Assembly: GCF_021054785.1 (NCBI RefSeq)
Contig: NZ_CP088239.1
Span: forward strand, 1,230,001-1,262,000
DNA from: Tannockella kyphosi
GTDB lineage: Bacteria; Bacillota_I; Bacilli_A; Erysipelotrichales; Coprobacillaceae
Reading direction: 5' to 3'
Length of the DNA: 32,000 nucleotides
Position 1 is the first letter of the stretch. Every line of letters begins with the position of its first letter. Both the position numbers and the translations under genes were made by a program. The notes under the pieces were generated by a model. That model ran no database searches, was not told where the DNA came from, and worked only from the letters and a program-made list of their open reading frames with translations. Of this stretch, positions 27,132 through 32,000 are shown one piece after another.

Positions 27132-28623
27132 AAAGTCCCTCCAGTTCTGAAAGTCCTTTTAAAATCTCTTCTTCCAAAACTCGGATATCTGCTAGTATTT
27201 CTTTAGTTGGTGGATACTCCACTGGTATGTAATCCACTTTTTTATATTTGTTAATAGATAAATCCCAATCGTTTTCTACGATTTCATCTTTTGGAACAAA
27301 GAATGATTTTTCTGTACGTTTTCTATCTGCTTCTTTATCAAGATTCTTGAATCGTTCTATAATATCTGGTATATCATTTTCATCTATAACTGCTCGCTTA
27401 TCATCCAAAGATAAACCATCTGCTGTCATATCATAGAACCATACATTATCTGTACCACCATGACCTGTCTTAGTAAAAATCAAGATACCTGTTGATACTC
27501 CTGCATAAGGCTTAAATACGCCACTTGGCATTGAGATAACAGCTTCTAATCTATTGGTTTCTATAATTTCTTTTCTTATAGATTTATGAGCTTTTGATGA
27601 ACCAAATAAAACACCATCTGGTACGATAACAGCACATCTACCTCCAACTTTTAACATGCGAAGCATTAAAGCAAGAAATAAAAGTTCTGTTTTCTTTGTT
27701 TTACAAACTTTTAATAAATCAGTAGAAACAGTATCTGCATCAAGACTTCCTTTAAAAGGAGGAGTTGCTAGAATCAAAGAATATTTTTCTTTGTCTGGAT
27801 TTTGATCAGATAAACTATCTCTATATTCAATAAATGGATTATCTACACCGTGAGTCATCATATTCATAGCACCAATACGTAGCATTGTTCTATCCATGTC
27901 AAATCCTGTAAACATTTTATTCATATAATGCTCTTTATTTGTTTTATCGAAAAATACATCTTCTTTTCTGTTTTCTTTTAAATATTCACCACTAGCAACT
28001 AAAAAACCACTTGTCCCACAAGATGGGTCACAGATAGTATCTGTTGGTTTAGGATCCATTAATTCTACCATCATTTTAATAATATGACGTGGTGTTCTAA
28101 ACTGTCCATTAAGTCCTGCACTAGCGATTTTAGAAAGTAAATACTCATACACATCGCCACGAATATCACTATCTTGAATACGTTCCATTTGGGTATATAT
28201 TTCATCTAAATTTGTTACAATCTTAGATAACAATAATGGGGTTGGTATTTTAAAGATAGCATCATCCATATATTTTGAATAGGTACTTCCTTTCTCTCCA
28301 TGAAGATTTTTTATAAATGGAAATACCCATTCTTGCATAGTACTATACATTTGTCCTGCTGGGAAATCATGGAATACTGACCATTTTAGATTTTCTCCAT
28401 CAATAGTACGTTCACCAACTTGAACTTCTTTTGCAAATATACTTTCAAAAGAAAGTCCTAGCATTGCACTTTCTTTTGCTTTTATATTATCCGTTTTATC
28501 AAGATCATGTATAAACATCAGATAAGTAATTTGCTCAATAACATCGAGAGGATTTACCAATCCCCCCGCAGCAAAGACATTCCATAATCCATCTATTTTA
28601 TTCTTTAATTCTCCTGTAATCAT
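27124..28623 (-). CDS. hsdM: type I R-M N6-adenine DNA methyltransferase subunit M (motif IV reads TPPF)
   Basis: 499 aa. HsdM N-terminal helical domain. Motif I ICDPSCGTSGFLV. Motif IV region LILATPPFKGS. Downstream LLFLALMLRMLKVGGRCAVIVPDGVLF. Confidence 0.9.
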   Translation of the reverse strand: MITGELKNKIDGLWNVFAAGGLVNPLDVIEQITYLMFIHDLDKTDNIKAKESAMLGLSFESIFAKEVQVGERTIDGENLKWSVFHDFPAGQMYSTMQEWVFPFIKNLHGEKGSTYSKYMDDAIFKIPTPLLLSKIVTNLDEIYTQMERIQDSDIRGDVYEYLLSKIASAGLNGQFRTPRHIIKMMVELMDPKPTDTICDPSCGTSGFLVASGEYLKENRKEDVFFDKTNKEHYMNKMFTGFDMDRTMLRIGAMNMMTHGVDNPFIEYRDSLSDQNPDKEKYSLILATPPFKGSLDADTVSTDLLKVCKTKKTELLFLALMLRMLKVGGRCAVIVPDGVLFGSSKAHKSIRKEIIETNRLEAVISMPSGVFKPYAGVSTGILIFTKTGHGGTDNVWFYDMTADGLSLDDKRAVIDENDIPDIIERFKNLDKEADRKRTEKSFFVPKDEIVENDWDLSINKYKKVDYIPVEYPPTKEILADIRVLEEEILKGLSELEGLYE

Positions 28624-28624
28624 A

Positions 28625-29686
28625 TTAATCTCCTAACTCTCTATTCCATATATATTTTGTGTAACGCCCGCCACTCATTTTGATAATTCTATTTTGCTTT
28701 ACAAGGTCATTAAGGGCTCTTTGTATCGTTGTATCACTAATATCCGGGCACTTTTCCATAAGTTCTCTTTTTGTTACTTGTCCAAGTGTTTGCTTAATAG
28801 TTTCTGCAATTCTTTCAGGTTTCGAATAACCTTTTGTAATCATTACTTCAACTCGATTTTCAAATTCTCTATAAGCAGCTATAATAACACCTAACATATA
28901 TCGAACAAATGGAGCATAATCATTCTCGTCTTCATGCCAACCATAAGAACTTACCTGTAATGTTTCATAGTAAGTTTCTTTGCTTTGCTCAATAATCTTT
29001 TCTATACTAATATATTTACCTACAATGCAGTTTGTACGATAAAGAAGTAATAAAGTCATAAGCCTGCTCATTCTACCATTCCCATCATTAAACGGATGGA
29101 TACAAAGAAAATCTAGTACAAACATTGGTATAAGTAAAAGGGCATTCGCTTTTCCTGTTCCCATAATCTGATTGTATGCATTGCAAAGTTCTTCTACTGA
29201 CTCTGCTGTTTCCCAAGAATGAACAGGTTGAAAACGTACTTTTTGTGTTCCATCAGTCATTTTTTCTGCAATTACATTATCTGAATTTTTATACTTCCCA
29301 CCAAAATTCAAACCACTATATTTATACAAATCTCTATGCAGCTGTAAAATCATACTTGGTTTTATTGGAATAAAATCATGACTTTCGTGTATTGTAGCAA
29401 GAACATCACGATATCCTGCAATCTCTTGTTCATCACGTGATTGCGGTGTTGTTTTATCCATAACCAGAAGTTTCACTCTATCATCGGAAGTATAGATTCC
29501 TTCTATCTTATTCGACGCCTCTGTACTTTGTATCTTAGCAATTTCAAGTAAAGTAGTTAAAGTGTCTGCTTTTTGTTCAACAAACAGTTTTTGCTCCCCT
29601 TTAAATTCATGAATTTGTGTAAGTAACGAAACTATTTCAGGAGTGATTAACTGTTCCCATTTATTTTCATAATTATAGTCTTTCAT
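28625..29686 (-). CDS. Fic-family protein (AMPylase-type) with N-terminal inhibitory helix motif and C-terminal wHTH
   Basis: Active-site motif HPFNDGNGRMSRL (HxFx[D/E]GNGRxxR). The N-terminal SNKIEG matches the (S/T)xxxE(G/N) inhibitory motif. C-terminal wHTH (TKRELMEKCPDISDTTIQRALNDLVKQNRI). The stop is 1 nt before the hsdM start. Confidence 0.9.
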   Translation of the reverse strand: MKDYNYENKWEQLITPEIVSLLTQIHEFKGEQKLFVEQKADTLTTLLEIAKIQSTEASNKIEGIYTSDDRVKLLVMDKTTPQSRDEQEIAGYRDVLATIHESHDFIPIKPSMILQLHRDLYKYSGLNFGGKYKNSDNVIAEKMTDGTQKVRFQPVHSWETAESVEELCNAYNQIMGTGKANALLLIPMFVLDFLCIHPFNDGNGRMSRLMTLLLLYRTNCIVGKYISIEKIIEQSKETYYETLQVSSYGWHEDENDYAPFVRYMLGVIIAAYREFENRVEVMITKGYSKPERIAETIKQTLGQVTKRELMEKCPDISDTTIQRALNDLVKQNRIIKMSGGRYTKYIWNRELGD

Positions 29687-29701
29687 TTTATACCTCCTTT
29701 T

Positions 29702-29801
29702 AATTTAGTCATTTATATTGTTTTGACTTAATTATATACTAACATACACAATTAGAAAAAACAAGCATCAATTTAGTCTTTTGCTTGTTTTTGACTAAAT
29801 T
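29702..29801. promoter_or_regulatory. upstream control region of the Fic/R-M operon with three copies of the 9-mer AATTTAGTC
   Basis: AATTTAGTC at 29702-29710 and 29770-29778, with the inverted copy GACTAAATT at 29793-29801. The last two flank an AAAACAAGCA / TGCTTGTTTT hairpin (about 29757-29790). The first copy lies between the RBS and a minus-strand TATAAT. Confidence 0.35.
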
Positions 29802-30008
29802 AAACTATACTTTTACTTATAACACCTTCCCAAACACTACCCCTTTACCATATTATTAATGATTCACACAATCTGTTCAGAAAGTTCTGCTATTTAATTT
29901 TCCATCATTACTTTTGTAAAAAAATTAGTTATCTTAATTGCTTGATGTATTTCTGGATTTTTTCTTGCGATAAACATATTTCTGTTACTACATCCATTGT
30001 TATTTTAA

Positions 30009-30431
30009 TATCTTTTTCAGGACGGTAATAATGATTATTTTTTTAATAGCATTAACTTTATAGCCTTCAAAACAGTTAATAAAGATGCCCTTGCTACAAA
30101 TAACTCTCCACAAATCAAATTCCTCCCTTCTAATGAAAACGACAATTATACCATGGCAGTTATGCAAATCAACGCAGAATTCTCCAGAATAAAAGAAGAT
30201 GAATTAAAAAAATCATCTTCCACAAAAATTACCAAAGAAATTACCAAAGAAATTACCAAAGAAATTAAAAAACACATGAAAAATAACCCTGAAATCACTG
30301 CGAAGGAATTAGCCATTCTTTGTGAAACTAATCAAGATACAATTCAGTATCGCATAAAAATTATGCGTACGAATAAGGAAATTAAGAGAGTCGGTTCCAC
30401 TAAATCCGGATATTGGGTAGTGTTAAAATAA
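30009..30431 (+). pseudogene. C-terminal fragment (end of HATPase_c_4-like domain plus wHTH) of a third AlbA_2-family gene; the longest ATG ORF is 30153-30431
   Basis: The frame is open from 30009. It ends AKELAILCETNQDTIQYRIKIMRTNKEIKRVGSTKSGYWVV, the same wHTH and STK-x-G-x-W ending as the two other copies. There is no AlbA_2 N-terminal domain upstream. Confidence 0.55.
30226..30267 (+). repeat. 12 nt tandem repeat x 3.5 (aaattaccaaag) encoding (K)ITKE-ITKE-ITKE in the pre-wHTH linker
   Basis: Copies at 30226-30237, 30238-30249 and 30250-30261, then a partial copy. Confidence 0.9.
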
Positions 30432-30632
30432 CAATGTTTCAACTATACATCAAAGATATCCACTGATACGATATTATGCACTACATATCCGTTTCCAATA
30501 GTACTTCGAAAAATAAATTATTATAAATACTTAAAACAATAAAATATAAATCCACAGATACTTATTGTACAATTATTTGTTGCTTACAAATTTGCTAGAA
30601 ACCAAAGGGAACTTTAAAACTTCGGATTAAAA

Positions 30633-30675
30633 AAGCCTATAACTCCTTTCAATAAAGGGTTTTAGGCTTTTTATT
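30633..30675. terminator. bidirectional hairpin terminator (T1) abutting repeat copy B
   Basis: GCCTATAAC (30635-30643) / GTTTTAGGC (30659-30667) with an inner CCTTT/AAAGG pairing. An A-run lies upstream and a T-run downstream, so it can terminate both strands. Confidence 0.6.
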
Positions 30676-30816
30676 TACTATTGTTATTCGAATTTGGAAA
30701 AAGAGACTTGTTTCTTAACGATTTTTGTTTAAGTTTCTTATCCTGTATAATTCCTATTATCTTTATTCTATATGATATTCTGAGTTACTGATGTAATGTT
30801 GCCATATTGTTGCCAA
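30667..30816. repeat. 150 bp direct repeat, copy B (right boundary of the 11 kb cassette)
   Basis: See copy A. It lies 54 nt downstream of the toxN-like stop. Confidence 0.95.
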
Positions 30817-30870
30817 AAACATCTGATTAGTAGCCTTTAAACCTTTCTCGAATGTCAGATGCGCTATAGG

Positions 30871-31410
30871 CTATTTCCATTCATGCATTTTTGTTTCTAA
30901 TAATTCAAAATCACAATAAGCAAACAATTTATTTCCTGTTTTCTTTTGATAGCGAATTATACTCTTAGTTTTATTTATAATTGTTTCTTTTTTTCTTAGA
31001 CAAAATTCATATTCTTTCGCAAGTAAATCTCGATCTTTATGTTTTCTTATATCAATTTCAAAAAAGCTCCCATCAGGAACTGGAATCGATTTTCTAAAAT
31101 CAATAACTGATATTAATTTTTTAATTTGATTATTAGGTGATTTTATGTAGATATCTTTTTCATGCAATTCATCACAACTGATGGTTTCAAAAACAATCAT
31201 ATAATCTTTACCTGTGTTTTTTAGCTTTAAATGTTTAGGTTTTGCTGAAGTTAATGGAATAAAATAATTTAATCCATTATCATATACAATTATTCCAACG
31301 TATGGTTTATTTTCATAGTCGTGTCTTCTCTTATTTAGATAAACTTCACTATCAAATGAATTAAGATACTTAATATATTTTATATCAATCGTATTAATTT
31401 CATATTTCCT
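30871..31410 (-). CDS. toxN: ToxN/AbiQ-family type III toxin (endoribonuclease) homologue lacking a canonical start codon; possibly a pseudogene
   Basis: The frame is open from 31434 to the stop at 30871. The translation (R)KYEINTIDIKYIKYLNSFDSEVYLN...KPYVGIIVYDNGLNYFIPLTSAKPKHLKLKN... parallels the remembered N-terminus of AbiQ/ToxN (MKFYTI..KYIEYLKEFD...FIGIV...YLAPLTSPK). The codon aligned to the Met is AGG (31410-31408). The first in-frame ATG is at 31200, which gives the 109 aa track ORF. Confidence 0.6.
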   Translation of the reverse strand, partial: RKYEINTIDIKYIKYLNSFDSEVYLNKRRHDYENKPYVGIIVYDNGLNYFIPLTSAKPKHLKLKNTGKDYMIVFETISCDELHEKDIYIKSPNNQIKKLISVIDFRKSIPVPDGSFFEIDIRKHKDRDLLAKEYEFCLRKKETIINKTKSIIRYQKKTGNKLFAYCDFELLETKMHEWK

Positions 31411-31505
31411 GCCACATAAAATAAAAGGAAGGAACTACGTCCTCCACACTTTAACGCCCTACACTTATGGCGGTAGGAGCCGTACTGTTGGTATTTCTAC
31501 CTTCA
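31411..31505 (-). other. G+C-enriched transcribed leader upstream of the toxN-like gene; possible structured RNA
   Basis: The stretch ...GGTAGAAATACCAACAGTACGGCTCCTACCGCCATAAGTGTAGGGCGTTAAAGTGTGGAGGACGTAGTTCCTTCC is far more G+C-rich than the surrounding DNA. It offers nested pairings (CCTAC/GTAGG, CGCC/GGCG, CTCC/GGAG, GAAGG/CCTTC). No tandem repeats are present. Confidence 0.3.
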
Positions 31506-31510
31506 AATAC

Positions 31511-31538
31511 ATTATATATTTGTTCATGTATAAGTCAA
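31511..31538 (-). promoter_or_regulatory. sigma-A type promoter TTGACT-16 nt-TATAAT driving the leader and toxN-like gene
   Basis: On the minus strand the -35 TTGACT is the complement of 31533-31538 and the -10 TATAAT is the complement of 31511-31516. Confidence 0.55.
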
Positions 31539-31627
31539 TAGAATTAGATCCTATATGACATTATTTATTAGATGCAATATATTATTTTAATATGCAAAAA
31601 CATTTATTTTTTTATGCTTTAATATAT

Positions 31628-31670
31628 AAAAAGAGCCTAATCCCCTTTAAATATAGAGTTTTAGGCTTTG
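31628..31670 (-). terminator. guaA terminator hairpin (T2), related in sequence to T1
   Basis: AGCCTAA (31634-31640) / TTAGGCT (31661-31667), 5-10 nt after the guaA stop. On the minus strand it is followed by CTTTTTAT. Confidence 0.55.
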
Positions 31671-31674
31671 TTTT

Positions 31675-32000
31675 TTATTCAAATTCAATCGTACCTGGAG
31701 GTTTACTAGTAAGATCATACATTACTCTATTTACACCACGTACTTCATTAATAATTCTAGACATTACTTTATTTAAGATTTCATAAGGGATTTCTGCAGA
31801 TTCTGCAGTCATGAAATCAATAGTATTTACAGCACGTAAAGCTACTGCATAATCATATGTTCTCTCATCACCCATAACTCCTACTGAACGCATGTTTGTA
31901 AGAGCTGCAAAATATTGACCAATACTTCTATCAATACCTGCTTTAGCAATTTCTTCTCTATAAATGAAGTCTGCTTCTTGAACCATTTTTACTTTTTCTT
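31675..32000 (-). CDS. guaA: GMP synthase (glutamine-hydrolysing), C-terminal end; the gene continues beyond the window
   Basis: ...[82 protein letters not shown] is the highly conserved GuaA C-terminus (dimerisation domain, terminal TSKPPxTIEWE-type ending). The frame is open to position 32000. Confidence 0.92.
   Translation of the reverse strand, partial: EKVKMVQEADFIYREEIAKAGIDRSIGQYFAALTNMRSVGVMGDERTYDYAVALRAVNTIDFMTAESAEIPYEILNKVMSRIINEVRGVNRVMYDLTSKPPGTIEFE

Noticed and set aside
31430-31500. G+C-rich patch as a possible tRNA or tmRNA-like gene (island attachment site)
   Set aside because: I could not draw a cloverleaf, and there is no GTTCRANYC-type T-loop or acceptor-stem complementarity. 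It sits between a promoter and the toxN-like ORF, so it is kept only as a possible structured leader.

Overview
AT-rich, Bacillota-like chromosomal segment, transcribed almost entirely on the minus strand and ending in the 3' end of guaA. It is largely an accessory/defence region. Left to right: the 5' part of a Wadjet-like operon (jetA, jetB and the jetC N-terminus, TIGR02677/02678/02680-type) with a metallophosphoesterase upstream. Then a block of ordinary-looking genes: GGDEF cyclase with a tethered family-5 SBP, DUF2130, a YARHG lipoprotein, an SGNH hydrolase and an alpha/beta hydrolase. Then a full-length AlbA_2/Schlafen-HATPase-wHTH gene, a DinJ/RelB antitoxin with a decayed toxin, and an uncharacterised two-gene operon (252 aa plus a 529 aa SWIM zinc-finger protein with an acidic D/E/Y repeat). 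An internally deleted AlbA_2 paralogue follows, then a 2.5 kb ISL3-family IS with an 8 bp target duplication. Two 150 bp direct repeats (5 mismatches) bracket an ~11 kb cassette. The cassette holds a frameshifted TIGR04141/DUF6119-like gene, a six-gene Fic-hsdM-hsdS-orf189-orf248-hsdR operon and a third AlbA_2-family fragment. Next to guaA lies a ToxN/AbiQ-like toxin gene with no ATG start and no recognisable upstream toxI repeat array. The best candidates for something undescribed are the two unknown genes between hsdS and hsdR (a HEPN-like Rx6H plus wHTH protein and a small partner, in PrrC-like topology) and the 252 aa/SWIM operon. All family assignments come from motif recognition by eye; no searches were run.
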